Assembly (NCBI RefSeq): GCF_039541115.1 | Contig: NZ_BAABFP010000005.1 | Coordinates: 62,001 to 126,000, forward strand | Direction of reading: 5' to 3' | Source of the DNA: Angustibacter luteus | GTDB taxonomy: Bacteria > Actinomycetota > Actinomycetes > Actinomycetales > Angustibacteraceae | Length of the DNA: 64,000 nt | Part shown: positions 1 through 11,623 of the stretch, in pieces | How the letters are laid out: every line of letters starts with the position of its first letter | Position numbering within the stretch: position 1 is the stretch's first letter | The notes under the pieces: generated by a model | Seen by the model: the letters and a program-made list of their open reading frames with translations, nothing else | Database searches by the model: none | Told to the model about the DNA's origin: nothing | Translations under genes and position numbers: made by a program

Positions 1-826
1 GCAGGGCGTACCCGCCGGTGAAGTACTTGGGGCGCCACAGCTCGCCGAGCCGGCTGACCCGCAGGCCGTCGATCTGGCGCTGCACGCTGAACCGGCCCTC
101 GGGCGTCACGGCGACGTAGGTGTGGCCGTCCGAGGTGTAGTTCTGCCCGCTCCCGGTGGAGGTGTTCAGCACGTACTTGAGCTGGCCACCGCTGACCACC
201 AGGACGAGCTGACGGGCCTTGTCGACCTCGATGGCGGACCCGGACGTCGTCCGGGCGTGCGGGCGCACGCCACTGTCGAGCGCCTTCTTGGTCTTGGGCC
301 CTAGGACCCCGTCCCGGCCGAGTCCGGCGGCCTTCTGCAGGGCCATCACGGCCTGACTGGTGTTCGAGCCGTACTCGCCGTCGGCCGTGCCGAGCCAGTA
401 GCCGAGCGCGGCCAGCTTCTTCTGCGCCGCGAGCACGAACGGTCCGCTCATCCCCGGGCGCAGGGTCGTCTGCTCGGTGACGGCCGGCTTGGTCGCGGTG
501 GCGGTGGTGGACGGAGCGGCCGTCGAGGTCGGGTTCGCCGTCGACGTCCCCGTGGGTGCCGACGTGGCGCTCGTGGTGGGGCTCGACGTGGCGGTGGTGG
601 ACGGCGCCGAGGTCGCGCTCGGGGTCGCGCTGGGGGTCGACGAGGTACTCGAGGTGGTGCTCGAGGAGCTGGACGACGGCTGCGCGGCCGGGCTGGCGCT
701 GTCACCCTCGGCTGGTCCGCAGCCCGTCGCGAGGACGGCCACCGTGGCGGCGATCGCGGCCAGCGTGAGCGGACGTCGCGCCCGCGAGGTGATCGCGGTG
801 CGTGTGGTGTGCGGCCCCTGCGGCAT
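1..826 (-). CDS. L,D-transpeptidase family lipoprotein with peptidoglycan-binding domain (3' end outside window)
   Basis: Not in the ORF track because it runs off the window; translated by hand from ATG at 826 (RBS GGGGAG). Lipobox LATGC, Thr/Ser/Pro linker, PG-binding motif LAALGY..ADGEYGSNT..AVMALQKAAGL.RDGVLGPKT, then YkuD-like IEVDKARQ..STG..TPEGRF..PKYFTGGYAL. Confidence 0.85.
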   Translation of the reverse strand, partial: MPQGPHTTRTAITSRARRPLTLAAIAATVAVLATGCGPAEGDSASPAAQPSSSSSSTTSSTSSTPSATPSATSAPSTTATSSPTTSATSAPTGTSTANPTSTAAPSTTATATKPAVTEQTTLRPGMSGPFVLAAQKKLAALGYWLGTADGEYGSNTSQAVMALQKAAGLGRDGVLGPKTKKALDSGVRPHARTTSGSAIEVDKARQLVLVVSGGQLKYVLNTSTGSGQNYTSDGHTYVAVTPEGRFSVQRQIDGLRVSRLGELWRPKYFTGGYAL

Positions 827-969
827 GAGCTCCCCGTTCGATCCTGGTCGTTGCGGTCAGGTGTACAGACGCCTGACCTCCGCGGCCGGTTGCATCGAGC
901 GTACGCAAGCCCCGCACCGGAACGGTGAGGGCGCGCGCGATCTGGCCAGACCGTTATCGAGGTGCGGGC

Positions 970-991
970 TGTCGGTGGGCCTGGTTAGGGT
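970..991 (+). promoter_or_regulatory. RecA-NDp/PafBC-type DNA-damage promoter motif upstream of the ABC exporter
   Basis: TGTCGGTG-ggcctggt(8 nt)-TAGGGT matches tTGTCRGtg-N8-TAnnnT. Confidence 0.6.
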
Positions 992-1057
992 CGCTCGGGT
1001 GAGCGAACTGGGGGACAGGTCGAGCATCTCGAGCAGGTCGAACGGGGAGGACGTCGC

Positions 1058-2035
1058 GTGACGCTTGAGCAGTCGGGTTCGTCGGGTCCGGTGGGGCGGG
1101 ACGAGCCGACCGCCGACCCGCTCATCGAGGCCACCGGGCTGCGCAAGCAGTTCGGCGAGTTCACCGCGGTGGACGGCATCGACGTGCAGGTGCAGCGCGG
1201 TGAGGCGTTCGGGTTCCTCGGACCGAACGGGGCCGGCAAGTCCTCCACGATGCGGATGATCGGTTGCGTGTCGCCGCCCAGTGGCGGTGAGCTGCGGATC
1301 CTCGGGATGGACCCGCGCTCGGACGGCGCCCGGATCCGTGCGCGGCTGGGGGTCGTCCCGCAGCAGGACTCGCTGGACGGTGAGCTGACCGTCCGCGACA
1401 ACCTGCTCATCTACGGCCGGTACTTCGGCCTCTCGCGCGCCGAGTGCCGGGTGCGAGCGGACGAGCTGCTCGAGTTCGCGAACCTCACCGAGCGAGCCGA
1501 CGCGATGGTCGAGCCCCTGTCCGGTGGGATGAAGCGCCGGCTGACCATTGCCCGGGCACTCATCAACCGTCCCGAGATCCTGCTGCTGGACGAGCCGACG
1601 ACGGGACTGGACCCACAGGCGCGACACGTCCTGTGGGACAGGCTGTTTCGGCTGAAGCGACAGGGCGTCACGCTCGTGCTGACCACGCACTACATGGACG
1701 AGGCCGAGCAGCTCTGCGACCGGCTGGTCGTGATGGACGGCGGCCGGATCGTCGCCGAGGGCACACCGAGGTCGTTGATCGAGACGTGGTCGACCCGCGA
1801 GGTGCTCGAACTGAGGTTCGACGACGAGGACCTCACACCGCACGCCGAGAAGCTAGACGGCGTCGCCGACCGCATCGAGGTCCTGCCGGACCGCCTGCTG
1901 CTGTACGTCGACGACGGTGAGGAGGCGACGGTCGCGGCCCACCAGCGTGGCGTGCAGCCCCTGTCCTCGTTGGCCCGACGCAGCACCTTGGAGGACGTGT
2001 TCCTCCGCCTCACCGGGCGGACGCTGGTGGACTGA
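1058..2035 (+). CDS. ABC exporter ATP-binding protein (NodI/DrrA-like)
   Basis: Walker A GPNGAGKS, signature LSGGMKRR, Walker B LLLDEPTTGLDP, H-loop TTHYMDEAE. Confidence 0.92.
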   Translation: MTLEQSGSSGPVGRDEPTADPLIEATGLRKQFGEFTAVDGIDVQVQRGEAFGFLGPNGAGKSSTMRMIGCVSPPSGGELRILGMDPRSDGARIRARLGVVPQQDSLDGELTVRDNLLIYGRYFGLSRAECRVRADELLEFANLTERADAMVEPLSGGMKRRLTIARALINRPEILLLDEPTTGLDPQARHVLWDRLFRLKRQGVTLVLTTHYMDEAEQLCDRLVVMDGGRIVAEGTPRSLIETWSTREVLELRFDDEDLTPHAEKLDGVADRIEVLPDRLLLYVDDGEEATVAAHQRGVQPLSSLARRSTLEDVFLRLTGRTLVD

Positions 2036-2865
2036 TGGACGCGACCGGCACGATCTCCCGACCAGGCCCGGCGCCACAGCCCGTGGACGGTGGGCCGCAC
2101 CCGTCGCTGCGCGTGCTGGAATACTTCGTGGTGCTCTCGCGCCGCACGTTCCGCGGCACGATCTTCGGCAGCTTCCTCTCGCCGCTGCTCTACCTGGTGG
2201 CCATGGGCTACGGCCTGGGCTCACTGGTGGACGGGGCCAGCAGCTCGGGGGTCGACGGCGTGCCCTACGTGCAGTTCATCGCGCCGGGCGTCCTGACCGC
2301 CACGGCCATGCAGACCGGGGTGTTCGACTCCTCGTACTTCGTGCTCGGTGCGATCAAGTGGAGCCGTCAGTTCCACGCGATGCTGGCCACCCCGGTCGGG
2401 GTCTGGGACGTCGTGACGGGCCACCTGTCCGGGACCACGCTGCGCGCCCTGTTCAGCGGGGCCGTGTTCCTGGCGGTCGCCGCGGTGCTGGGCGCCATCC
2501 CGTCCTGGACGGGCGTGTTCGCGCTCGTCGCGGTCGTGCTGGTCACCCTGGCCTACGCCGGGCCGATGTTCGCGATCGCCGCGCGCGCTGAGACCGACAC
2601 GTCGTTCACCCTGGTGTTCCGGCTGGGCCTCGTGCCGATGTTCCTGTTCTCCGGGACGTTCTTCCCGGTCGACCAGCTGCCCGGCTGGATGCAGCCCATC
2701 GCCTACGTGATCCCGTTGTGGCACGGGTCCTCCCTGGCCAGGGACGCCACGCTCGGCACGATGTCGCTCTGGCCCGACCTCGCCCACGTGGCGTACCTGC
2801 TGCTGTGGGTGGTCGTCGGCGCCTACCTCGCCCACCGCACGCTGCGCCGTCGGATGGTGGTCTGA
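2035..2865 (+). CDS. ABC-2 type permease (NodJ-like)
   Basis: Multiple hydrophobic helices, FSGTFFP motif, coupled TGATG to the ATPase. Confidence 0.9.
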   Translation: MDATGTISRPGPAPQPVDGGPHPSLRVLEYFVVLSRRTFRGTIFGSFLSPLLYLVAMGYGLGSLVDGASSSGVDGVPYVQFIAPGVLTATAMQTGVFDSSYFVLGAIKWSRQFHAMLATPVGVWDVVTGHLSGTTLRALFSGAVFLAVAAVLGAIPSWTGVFALVAVVLVTLAYAGPMFAIAARAETDTSFTLVFRLGLVPMFLFSGTFFPVDQLPGWMQPIAYVIPLWHGSSLARDATLGTMSLWPDLAHVAYLLLWVVVGAYLAHRTLRRRMVV

Positions 2866-3635
2866 TGGCCGCCCTCGCCCTGGCCGGGGTCGTGGTGGAG
2901 CGGAACGTGCTCACCTACCGCCGCCAGTGGGTGGCGTTCCTCACCGGGTTCCTGGAGCCGGTCTTCTACCTGTTCTCGCTGGGTATCGGCCTGGGTGCAC
3001 TGATCGGCGACGTGACGTTGGCCAACGGCCAGACGGTCACCTACGCCCAGTTCATGGCGCCGGCGATGCTCGCCATGTCGGCGATGAACGGTGCCGTCTT
3101 CGACGCGACGTACAACATGTTCTTCAAGCTCAAGTACATGCACACGTTCGACGCGATGCTGGCCACGCCGGTCGGGCCGCGGGACATCGCGATCGGCGAG
3201 ATGCTCTGGTCGCTGATGCGCGCGGGCTGCTACGTCGTCGGCTTCCTGGTGATCTCGGTGGCGATGGGGCTGACCACCAGCTGGTGGGCGGTGCTGGCGC
3301 TACCGGCCGCGACGCTGATCGGGTTCGTGTTCTCGGCCGTCGGCATGGCGGCGACCACGTGGATCCGCAACTTCCAGGACTTCGACTACATCCAGATGGC
3401 GCTGGTGCCCCTGACTCTGCTGTCCGGCACGTTCTTCCCGGTCGACACGTACCCGGGCGCGCTGCGCTGGTTGGTCGAGCTGTCCCCGCTGTACCACGGC
3501 GTGGTGATCGAGCGGGCGCTCTGCCTGGGCGACGTGTCCTGGTCGCTGCTGGGCAACGTGGCGGTTCTGCTGGCGATGGGCGCCGTCGGCCTGGCCGTGA
3601 CGCGTCGCCGACTGGCCGCGCTGCTGCTGAAGTAG
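2865..3635 (+). CDS. ABC-2 type permease (second subunit)
   Basis: Start reassigned to ATG 2865 (TGATG overlap); paralogue of the previous gene (MLATPVG, LSGTFFP). Confidence 0.9.
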   Translation: MAALALAGVVVERNVLTYRRQWVAFLTGFLEPVFYLFSLGIGLGALIGDVTLANGQTVTYAQFMAPAMLAMSAMNGAVFDATYNMFFKLKYMHTFDAMLATPVGPRDIAIGEMLWSLMRAGCYVVGFLVISVAMGLTTSWWAVLALPAATLIGFVFSAVGMAATTWIRNFQDFDYIQMALVPLTLLSGTFFPVDTYPGALRWLVELSPLYHGVVIERALCLGDVSWSLLGNVAVLLAMGAVGLAVTRRRLAALLLK

Positions 3636-3636
3636 C

Positions 3637-3855
3637 TCAGCTCGCGGCCGAGCCCCGCACCTGCAGGCTGTCCAGCAGCCGCTCGGTGGCCTGTGCGACC
3701 TCCTGGACGGCGGCCTGGAACGCCTCCGCGTTGTGCGAGGCGGGCTGGCGGAAGCCGCTGATCTTGCGCACGTACTGCAGCGCGGCGGCCTGGACGTCGG
3801 ACGGGCCGACGTCGTGCGTGTAGGGCTCACGGAGGGTCTTGATGCTGCGGCACAT
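3637..3855 (-). CDS. DUF2277 family small protein
   Basis: MCRSIKTL...[13 protein letters not shown] pattern; -10 TAGGCT 6 nt before the ATG (leaderless). Confidence 0.8.
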   Translation of the reverse strand: MCRSIKTLREPYTHDVGPSDVQAAALQYVRKISGFRQPASHNAEAFQAAVQEVAQATERLLDSLQVRGSAAS

Positions 3856-3902
3856 GGGACGAGCCTACGTCCCTTCGACACGCCGGGACAGGTTCCCCGG
3901 GA

Positions 3903-3918
3903 TCGAACACCTGTTCGG
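3903..3918 (+). promoter_or_regulatory. LexA (SOS) box upstream of recA
   Basis: TCGAAC-ACCT-GTTCGG versus the actinobacterial consensus TCGAAC-N4-GTTCGA. Confidence 0.85.
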
Positions 3919-3982
3919 TAGTGTCGTCCACAGGTGTCCGGGTCAGTCCCACGATCCACAGATCGCGACCGGCTCGGGCGCG

Positions 3983-4005
3983 TTGTCGGTGGGGTCGCCT
4001 AGCGT
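3983..4005 (+). promoter_or_regulatory. RecA-NDp/PafBC promoter of recA
   Basis: TTGTCGGTG-gggtcgcc(8 nt)-TAGCGT, a full consensus match. Confidence 0.8.
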
Positions 4006-4067
4006 CCTCCTCGATGACAACACGACGTAGCGGTCGGCAGTCCCGACCCGAACCCCGAGGTGGAAAC

Positions 4068-5117
4068 ATGCCCGCTCCCGCAGACCGCGAGAAGGCGCTC
4101 GACACGGCGCTCGCGCAGATCGACCGACAGTTCGGCAAGGGCTCGGTCATGCGCCTCGGCGACGAGGTCCGCGCCCCGATCGAGGTGATCCCCACCGGGT
4201 CGGTGGCCCTCGACATCGCGCTCGGCATCGGTGGCCTGCCGCGCGGTCGCGTGGTCGAGATCTACGGCCCGGAGTCCTCCGGTAAGACGACCGTCGCGCT
4301 GCACGCCGTCGCGAACGCGCAGAAGGCCGGCGGGATCGCGGCCTTCATCGACGCCGAGCACGCGCTCGACCCGGAGTACGCGCAGAAGCTCGGGGTGGAC
4401 ACCGACGCGCTGCTGGTCTCCCAGCCCGACACCGGTGAGCAGGCGCTCGAGATCGCGGACATGCTGATCCGCTCCGGCGCACTCGACATCATCGTCATCG
4501 ACTCGGTGGCGGCGCTCGTGCCCCGCGCCGAGATCGAGGGCGAGATGGGTGACAGCCACGTGGGTCTGCAGGCGCGGCTCATGTCCCAGGCGCTGCGCAA
4601 GATCACCGGCGCCCTGAGCAACTCCAAGACGACGGCGATCTTCATCAACCAGCTGCGCGAGAAGATCGGCGTGATGTTCGGCTCGCCCGAGACGACGACG
4701 GGTGGCAAGGCGCTGAAGTTCTACGCGTCCGTCCGGCTCGACGTGCGTCGCATCGAGACGCTGAAGGACGGCACGGACCCGGTCGGCAACCGCACCCGGT
4801 GCAAGGTCGTCAAGAACAAGATGGCCCCGCCGTTCAAGCAGGCCGAGTTCGACATCCTCTACGGCCAGGGGATCTCCCGCGAGGGCGGCCTCATCGACAT
4901 GGGGGTCGAGCAGGGCTTCGTCCGCAAGTCCGGCGCCTGGTACACGTACGAGGGCGACCAGCTGGGTCAGGGCAAGGAGAACGCGCGCTCGTTCCTGCGC
5001 GACAACCCCGACCTGACCAACGAGCTGGAGAAGCGCATCAAGGAGAAGCTCGGCATCGGCCCGCGGGTCGACGCGCCTGCCGAGGTCGCCGTGCCCGAGG
5101 CCAAGGTCGACTTCTAG
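4068..5117 (+). CDS. recA: Recombinase RecA
   Basis: [28 protein letters not shown]; start at ATG 4068 after RBS GAGG; no intein. Confidence 0.99.
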   Translation: MPAPADREKALDTALAQIDRQFGKGSVMRLGDEVRAPIEVIPTGSVALDIALGIGGLPRGRVVEIYGPESSGKTTVALHAVANAQKAGGIAAFIDAEHALDPEYAQKLGVDTDALLVSQPDTGEQALEIADMLIRSGALDIIVIDSVAALVPRAEIEGEMGDSHVGLQARLMSQALRKITGALSNSKTTAIFINQLREKIGVMFGSPETTTGGKALKFYASVRLDVRRIETLKDGTDPVGNRTRCKVVKNKMAPPFKQAEFDILYGQGISREGGLIDMGVEQGFVRKSGAWYTYEGDQLGQGKENARSFLRDNPDLTNELEKRIKEKLGIGPRVDAPAEVAVPEAKVDF

Positions 5118-5127
5118 CCCCGGCCCG

Positions 5128-5715
5128 ATGGCACCTTCACGCCAAGCCCGTGCCCGAGGTGGGCGGCCCGGTTCGCCGAGCCAGCCCACCCCGGGCGGTA
5201 CGGCGGACGAGACGCCGGACGCCGACCCCGAGTCGGTGGCCCGGTCGATCGTGCTCCGCCAGCTGACGATGGCGCCCCGTAGCCGGCAGCAGCTCGCCGA
5301 CAAGCTCGCCCAGCGCGGCGCGCCGGACGACGTGGCCGAGCGGGTGCTGGACCGCTTCGAGTCCGTCGGGCTGGTCGACGACGCCGCCTTCGCGGACATG
5401 CTGATCCGTTCCCAGGTCGCCTCTCGCGGCCTGGGTCGTCGCGGGCTCGCTCACGAGCTGCGCCGCAAGGGCGTGGACGACGAGACCGCTCGCGCCGCGC
5501 TCGAGCAGGTCGACGACGACGATGAGGCCGAGACCGCGCGGGCGCTCGTGGCCCGCAAGGTACGCGCCACCCGCGGGCTGGACCGCGACAAGCGCATGGC
5601 TCGGCTGGCGGGCATGCTGGCGCGCAAGGGCTATCCGTCCGGCCTGACCATGACCGTGGTGCGGGAGGCGCTGGACGCCGACGCCGCGGCGACCGGCCAC
5701 CCCGAGCGGGACTGA
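5128..5715 (+). CDS. recX: Regulatory protein RecX
   Basis: Follows recA; RSRQQLADKL, GLVDDAAFA, ELRRKGV, LARKGY motifs. Confidence 0.93.
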   Translation: MAPSRQARARGGRPGSPSQPTPGGTADETPDADPESVARSIVLRQLTMAPRSRQQLADKLAQRGAPDDVAERVLDRFESVGLVDDAAFADMLIRSQVASRGLGRRGLAHELRRKGVDDETARAALEQVDDDDEAETARALVARKVRATRGLDRDKRMARLAGMLARKGYPSGLTMTVVREALDADAAATGHPERD

Positions 5716-5743
5716 GCGGGACGGAGCGGGACTGAGCGGGAGC
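5704..5743. repeat. 10-bp tandem repeat GAGCGGGAC(T/G), about 4 copies
   Basis: gagcgggact gagcgggacg gagcgggact gagcgggagc at the recX stop, between convergent genes. Confidence 0.8.
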
Positions 5744-5750
5744 CGCCGGG

Positions 5751-6611
5751 TCAGGTCGTCGGTGCCGCGGCGTCCTCGAGCAGTGCCGTGGTCGTGGACC
5801 TGCGCGACCGGCGTGAGCGCTTCTCCAGCCAGCTCGCCAGCAGGCTCAGCACCACGCAGGTGGCGATGTAGACGGCCGCGACGATCAGGTAGGTGAGCAC
5901 GTAGGGGAAGTCGAAGGCCCCGCGCCCGCCGATCTGCTTGGCCACGTACAGCAGCTCGTTGTAGGTGAGGATGAAGCCCAGCGCCGTGTCCTTGAGGAGC
6001 ACCACGAGCTGGCTGATGATCGCCGGCAGCATGCTGCGCACGGCCTGGGGGAGCAGCACCTGCCGCATGACCTGGCCCTTGCGCAGACCGATGGCGTACG
6101 CCGCCTCGGACTGCCCGCGGGGCACCGCCACGATGCCGGCCCGGAAGATCTCCGCCAGCACCGAGCCGTTGTACAGCATCAGGCCCAGGATCACGGCCCA
6201 CATCGGGCTCAGCCCCAGCCCGTACTCCAGCGACCCGTAGTAGAAGAAGAACATCAGGATCAGCAGCGGTATCGCCCGGAACAGCTCCACCAGGGTCGAG
6301 GCCGGCAGCCGCAGGAACCGGTGGTCCGACAGCCGCCCCGCGGCGAGCACGGCGCCGAGCAGCAGTGCCAGCACCGAGGCGATCGCCGCCGCCTTGAGGG
6401 TGGCGACGTAGCCGCGCAGCAGCTCGCGCTGCACCTCGGCGTACTGGAACTGCGCCACCCGTGCCTGCGAGAACTGGTCCGTCGCCAGCAGCCGCCACAC
6501 GACGACCGCCACGAGCACGATGACCACCAGTGACGTGACCACCCCGAGCCCGAGGTGGCGGCGCTTCGCCCGCGGCCCCGGTGCGTCGTACAGCACCGTC
6601 GAGGTACTCAT
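5751..6611 (-). CDS. gluD: Glutamate ABC transporter permease (GluD-like)
   Basis: [13 protein letters not shown] start; EAA loop [21 protein letters not shown]. Confidence 0.85.
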   Translation of the reverse strand: MSTSTVLYDAPGPRAKRRHLGLGVVTSLVVIVLVAVVVWRLLATDQFSQARVAQFQYAEVQRELLRGYVATLKAAAIASVLALLLGAVLAAGRLSDHRFLRLPASTLVELFRAIPLLILMFFFYYGSLEYGLGLSPMWAVILGLMLYNGSVLAEIFRAGIVAVPRGQSEAAYAIGLRKGQVMRQVLLPQAVRSMLPAIISQLVVLLKDTALGFILTYNELLYVAKQIGGRGAFDFPYVLTYLIVAAVYIATCVVLSLLASWLEKRSRRSRRSTTTALLEDAAAPTT

Positions 6612-7270
6612 CGGCCCACCGCTGCCTTGCGCTCGGCGACGCGTTGCCCGACCGCCAACGGCACCACGAGCGCCACGAAGATGATCGCGATCCAAGTGTT
6701 CACGTACAGCTGGTTGGCGCCACGCTCGGACAGGTAGTCCGGCAGGGACCCCGCCTGCAGGACGTTCACCGCCGTGGCGATCGTGGTGTTCTTGAGCAGC
6801 GCGATCAGGACGCTGACCAGGGGCGGGATGCTGGCCCGCAGCGCCTGCGGAAGGACGACGAGCGAGAGCACCTGGCTGAACCGCAGCCCGATCGCCCGGG
6901 CCGCCTCGGCCTGACCCGTCGGCACCGTGTTGATGCCGGACCGGACCGCCTCGCAGACGAAGGCGGCCGTGTACAGGGTCAGCCCGAGGCAGGCTGCCGG
7001 GAAGTAGTCGATCGGGATGTCGAGCTTCGGCGCCGCGAACCCCAGGAAGACCAGCACCAGGGTGAGCGGGGTGTTGCGCACCACGTTCACGTACCCGGCG
7101 CCGAACAGGCGCATCGAGCGCACCGGCGACACGCGCAGCGACGCGACGACCGTCCCGAGCACCAGCGCGCCCACGCCGGCGATCAGGAACAGCTTGATCG
7201 TCGTCCAGAAGAACCGGGCGAACAGCGACGCGTTGTCACCCAGCACGGCGAGGAAGTCCGACACCGGCAA
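6608..7270 (-). CDS. gluC: Glutamate ABC transporter permease (GluC-like)
   Basis: [22 protein letters not shown]; true start may be GTG 7264. Confidence 0.85.
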   Translation of the reverse strand: MPVSDFLAVLGDNASLFARFFWTTIKLFLIAGVGALVLGTVVASLRVSPVRSMRLFGAGYVNVVRNTPLTLVLVFLGFAAPKLDIPIDYFPAACLGLTLYTAAFVCEAVRSGINTVPTGQAEAARAIGLRFSQVLSLVVLPQALRASIPPLVSVLIALLKNTTIATAVNVLQAGSLPDYLSERGANQLYVNTWIAIIFVALVVPLAVGQRVAERKAAVGR

Positions 7271-7276
7271 CCCCTG

Positions 7277-8194
7277 CTACTGCTCGAGAGTCGGGGGCTT
7301 GGCGGCAGAGCCGGACTTGCCGAGCGTCCCGTCGTAGATCTTCTGCCAGGTGCCGTCCTGGAACGACTTGAGCAGCAGTGCGTTCACCGCGGTACGCATC
7401 GCCTTGTCGTCCAGGGGCAGCCCAATGCCGTACTTCTCCACCGAGAACGGCTTGCCGACCACCTTGAGCTTGCTCGGGTTCTGCGCCGCGAAGCCCTTGA
7501 GGATCGCGTCGTCGGTCGTCACCGCGTCGACCTTGCTGTCGAGCAGCTGGGACACGCACTCGGAGTAGGTCTTGAACTCCACGATGTTGGAGTCCTCGGT
7601 CAGCTTCTCGTCGCGCACCCGCTGGATCGGCGTCGACCCGGTGGCCGAGCAGACCTTCTTGCCCTGCAGGGTGTCCTTGCCGGTGATCGCGGTCTCGTCC
7701 TTGCGGACCAGCAGGTCCTGACCGGCCACGAAGTACGGCCCGGCGAACGAGACGATCTTCTTGCGGTCGTCGGTGATCGAGTACGTCCCGACGTAGTAGT
7801 CGATCTGGCCGCCCTTGATGGCCGACTCACGGTTGGCGGACGGGATCTCGGAGTACTGGATCTTCGAGGGGTCGACGCCGAGGCCAGCCGCGATCATCTG
7901 GGCGATCTCGATGTCGAAGCCGCAGCGCTTGCCGCTGGCGTCCTTGTAGCCGAGGTTGGGCTGGTCCGCCTTGACGCCGACCCGCACGGTCCCGGCGGAC
8001 TTGATCTTGTCGAAGGTGGGGCTGCCGCTGATGGTCGGCGTCGCCGGCGTGAACGTGGTGCCCGACGTCGTACAGGCGTCGCTGGCGCCACCGCCGCTGC
8101 CGGACGACGTCGGGGTGCCCTCCTTGCCGCACCCGGTGACGGCGAGGGCCAGGACGGCCCCAGCCACCACGATCGAGCTTCGTGTCGCATTCAT
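7277..8194 (-). CDS. gluB: Glutamate ABC transporter substrate-binding lipoprotein (GluB-like)
   Basis: Start reassigned to ATG 8194; lipobox [32 protein letters not shown]. Confidence 0.87.
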   Translation of the reverse strand: MNATRSSIVVAGAVLALAVTGCGKEGTPTSSGSGGGASDACTTSGTTFTPATPTISGSPTFDKIKSAGTVRVGVKADQPNLGYKDASGKRCGFDIEIAQMIAAGLGVDPSKIQYSEIPSANRESAIKGGQIDYYVGTYSITDDRKKIVSFAGPYFVAGQDLLVRKDETAITGKDTLQGKKVCSATGSTPIQRVRDEKLTEDSNIVEFKTYSECVSQLLDSKVDAVTTDDAILKGFAAQNPSKLKVVGKPFSVEKYGIGLPLDDKAMRTAVNALLLKSFQDGTWQKIYDGTLGKSGSAAKPPTLEQ

Positions 8195-8262
8195 CGTTTC
8201 TCCCTCGTTCGCTCGTTCTCGGTCGTTCAGGGACTCGCTCGCAGACTCGTTCAGACCCCCAC

Positions 8263-9042
<780 letters not shown>

Positions 9043-9148
9043 GCAGCAAGACCCTAGCCATGAGCGGACATACCTGGCTATGTGCGTATCTGTCCTGGTT
9101 GTGGACCGTCACCGTCTCGTGACCCGCGCAAGTACGCTGGACGGTGCC

Positions 9149-10687
9149 ATGACCGACACGACGACAGACCCCACGACCCAGCCGGTCGACATCGCGCGCA
9201 CGTACGAGGTGCGCACCTACGGCTGCCAGATGAACGTGCACGACTCCGAGCGCCTGACCGGGCTGCTGGAGGACGCCGGGTACGCCCCCGCCGCCGAGGG
9301 CAGCACGCCTGACGTCGTCGTGTTCAACACCTGCGCGGTGCGGGAGAACGCGGACAACAAGCTGTACGGCAACCTGGGCCACCTCGCGCCGACCAAGAAG
9401 CAGCACCCGGGCATGCAGATCGCGGTCGGTGGCTGCCTCGCGCAGAAGGACCGCGGCGAGATCGTCAAGCGCGCACCCTGGGTGGACGTGGTGTTCGGCA
9501 CGCACAACATCGGGTCGCTGCCGGCGCTGCTCGACCGCGCCCGGCACAACGAGCAGGCCCAGGTCGAGATCCTGGAGTCGCTCGAGGTCTTCCCGTCGAC
9601 GCTGCCGACCAAGCGCGAGTCCGCCTACGCGGGCTGGGTGTCGATCAGCGTCGGCTGCAACAACACCTGCACGTTCTGCATCGTGCCGAGCCTGCGCGGC
9701 AAGGAGAAGGACCGCCGGCCGGGCGAGATCCTCGCCGAGATCGAGGCGCTGGTCGCCGAGGGTGCGCTCGAGGTGACCCTGCTGGGGCAGAACGTCAACA
9801 CGTACGGGGTGGAGTTCGGCGACCGCCTCGCCTTCGGCAAGCTGCTGCGGTCCTGCGGCGCCATCGACGGGCTGGAGCGGGTGCGCTTCACCAGCCCGCA
9901 CCCCGCCGCGTTCACCGACGACGTGCTGGACGCGATGGCCGAGACGCCCAACGTGATGCCGAGCCTGCACATGCCGTTGCAGAGCGGCTCGGACCGGGTG
10001 CTCAAGGGGATGCGGCGCTCGTACCGCTCGCGCCGGTTCCTGGACATCATCGACTCGGTGCGCGCCCGCATCCCGGACGCCGCGATCACCACCGACATCA
10101 TCGTGGGCTTCCCGGGGGAGACCGAGGAGGACTTCCAGGCCACCCTGGACGTCGTCCGCGAGGCGCGGTTCGCCAGCGCGTTCACGTTCCAGTACTCCCA
10201 GCGTCCGGGCACGCCGGCCGCCGACCTGCCCGACCAGCTGCCCAAGGCGGTCGTGCAGGAGCGGTACGTGCGGCTGGTCGCGCTGCAGGACGAGATCTCC
10301 TGGGCCGAGAACCGTGCCCAGGAGGGCCGGCGGCTCGACGTGCTGGTGGCTGAGGGCGAGGGGCGCAAGGACGACGCGACGCACCGGTTGTCCGGCCGGG
10401 CCGCCGACAACCGGTTGGTGCACTTCGCCGTCCCGGCGCACGCGCTGGCAACCGGTGACGTGCCGCGGCCCGGGGACGTCGCCACCGTCGAGGTCACCTA
10501 CGGCGCACCGCACCACCTGGTCGCCGACGCCGCGCTGACCGGCGGTTCGTACGCCGTGCGCCGGACCAGGGCCGGGGACGCCTGGCAGGCCCGGCAGGAG
10601 GCCCCGTCGACCCCGGCGGGCGTCGGCCTGGGCATGCCCCGGGTCGGGCCACCCGTCGTCACGCCGGTGGTCCAGGGCTGCCGGTGA
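9149..10687 (+). CDS. miaB: tRNA-2-methylthio-N6-dimethylallyladenosine synthase MiaB
   Basis: TYGCQMN, NTCAVRE, radical-[16 protein letters not shown]-like C-terminus; real start ATG 9149 inside the long ORF 6581..10687. Confidence 0.97.
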   Translation: MTDTTTDPTTQPVDIARTYEVRTYGCQMNVHDSERLTGLLEDAGYAPAAEGSTPDVVVFNTCAVRENADNKLYGNLGHLAPTKKQHPGMQIAVGGCLAQKDRGEIVKRAPWVDVVFGTHNIGSLPALLDRARHNEQAQVEILESLEVFPSTLPTKRESAYAGWVSISVGCNNTCTFCIVPSLRGKEKDRRPGEILAEIEALVAEGALEVTLLGQNVNTYGVEFGDRLAFGKLLRSCGAIDGLERVRFTSPHPAAFTDDVLDAMAETPNVMPSLHMPLQSGSDRVLKGMRRSYRSRRFLDIIDSVRARIPDAAITTDIIVGFPGETEEDFQATLDVVREARFASAFTFQYSQRPGTPAADLPDQLPKAVVQERYVRLVALQDEISWAENRAQEGRRLDVLVAEGEGRKDDATHRLSGRAADNRLVHFAVPAHALATGDVPRPGDVATVEVTYGAPHHLVADAALTGGSYAVRRTRAGDAWQARQEAPSTPAGVGLGMPRVGPPVVTPVVQGCR

Positions 10688-11616
10688 GCGCAGGTCGCGT
10701 GGTCGTGGCGGTGGTCGGCGCCACCGCGACCGGCAAGTCGGACCTCGCGATCGCCCTCGCGCACGAGCTCGACGGCGAGGTGGTCAACGCCGACGCGATG
10801 CAGCTCTACCGGGGCATGGACATCGGCACCGCCAAGCTCACGGCGGCCGAGCGCCAGGGCGTCCCGCACCACCTGCTCGACGTGCTCGACGTGCGGCAGG
10901 AGGCCACCGTCGCGGCGTACCAGCGCGAGGTCGACGCGGTGCTGGCGGACGTGCTGGGCCGTGGGCGGGTGCCGGTCGTGGTCGGCGGCTCCGGTCTCTA
11001 CGTGCGGGCGGCGCTCGACGTCCTGGAGATCCCGCCCACCGACGCGGGCGTGCGCGCCCGCCTCGAGGACGAGTCCCGGACCGTCGGCGCCCTGGCCCTG
11101 CACGCCCGACTCGCCGAGCTGGACCCGCCGTCCGCCGCCCGCATCCTGCCGAGCAACGCCCGCCGCGTCGTGCGGGCCCTCGAGGTCATCGAGCTCACCG
11201 GTCGACCGTTCTCGGCGACCCTGCCCGAGCCGGTCTACCGACGACCGAGCGTGCAGCTGGGGCTGCGGGCGCCCCGCCCGGAGCTGGACCAGCGGATCGA
11301 GCGCCGGGTGCACCGCATGTGGGACGACGGGCTGCTCGCCGAGGTGCGGCGCCTGCTGCCGCAGGGCCTGCGCGAGGGGCGCACCGCCGGGCGGGCGGTC
11401 GGCTACGCCCAGGCAGTCGGCCAGCTCGACGGCAGCCTGGACGAGGCGGCAGCGCAGGCGCAGACCGCCCAGCTGACCCGCCGGCTCGTCCGCCGGCAGG
11501 AGTCCTGGTTCGGCCGCGACGAGCGGATCGCCTGGCTGCCGTACGACGGCCCGGACCTGGTCGAGCAGGCGCTCGCGGCGGTGCGGGCTGGGCGTTCGGC
11601 ACCGCGTGCCGGATGA
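10684..11616 (+). CDS. miaA: tRNA dimethylallyltransferase MiaA
   Basis: [32 protein letters not shown]. Confidence 0.97.
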   Translation: MSAGRVVVAVVGATATGKSDLAIALAHELDGEVVNADAMQLYRGMDIGTAKLTAAERQGVPHHLLDVLDVRQEATVAAYQREVDAVLADVLGRGRVPVVVGGSGLYVRAALDVLEIPPTDAGVRARLEDESRTVGALALHARLAELDPPSAARILPSNARRVVRALEVIELTGRPFSATLPEPVYRRPSVQLGLRAPRPELDQRIERRVHRMWDDGLLAEVRRLLPQGLREGRTAGRAVGYAQAVGQLDGSLDEAAAQAQTAQLTRRLVRRQESWFGRDERIAWLPYDGPDLVEQALAAVRAGRSAPRAG

Positions 11617-11623
11617 TGGACCC

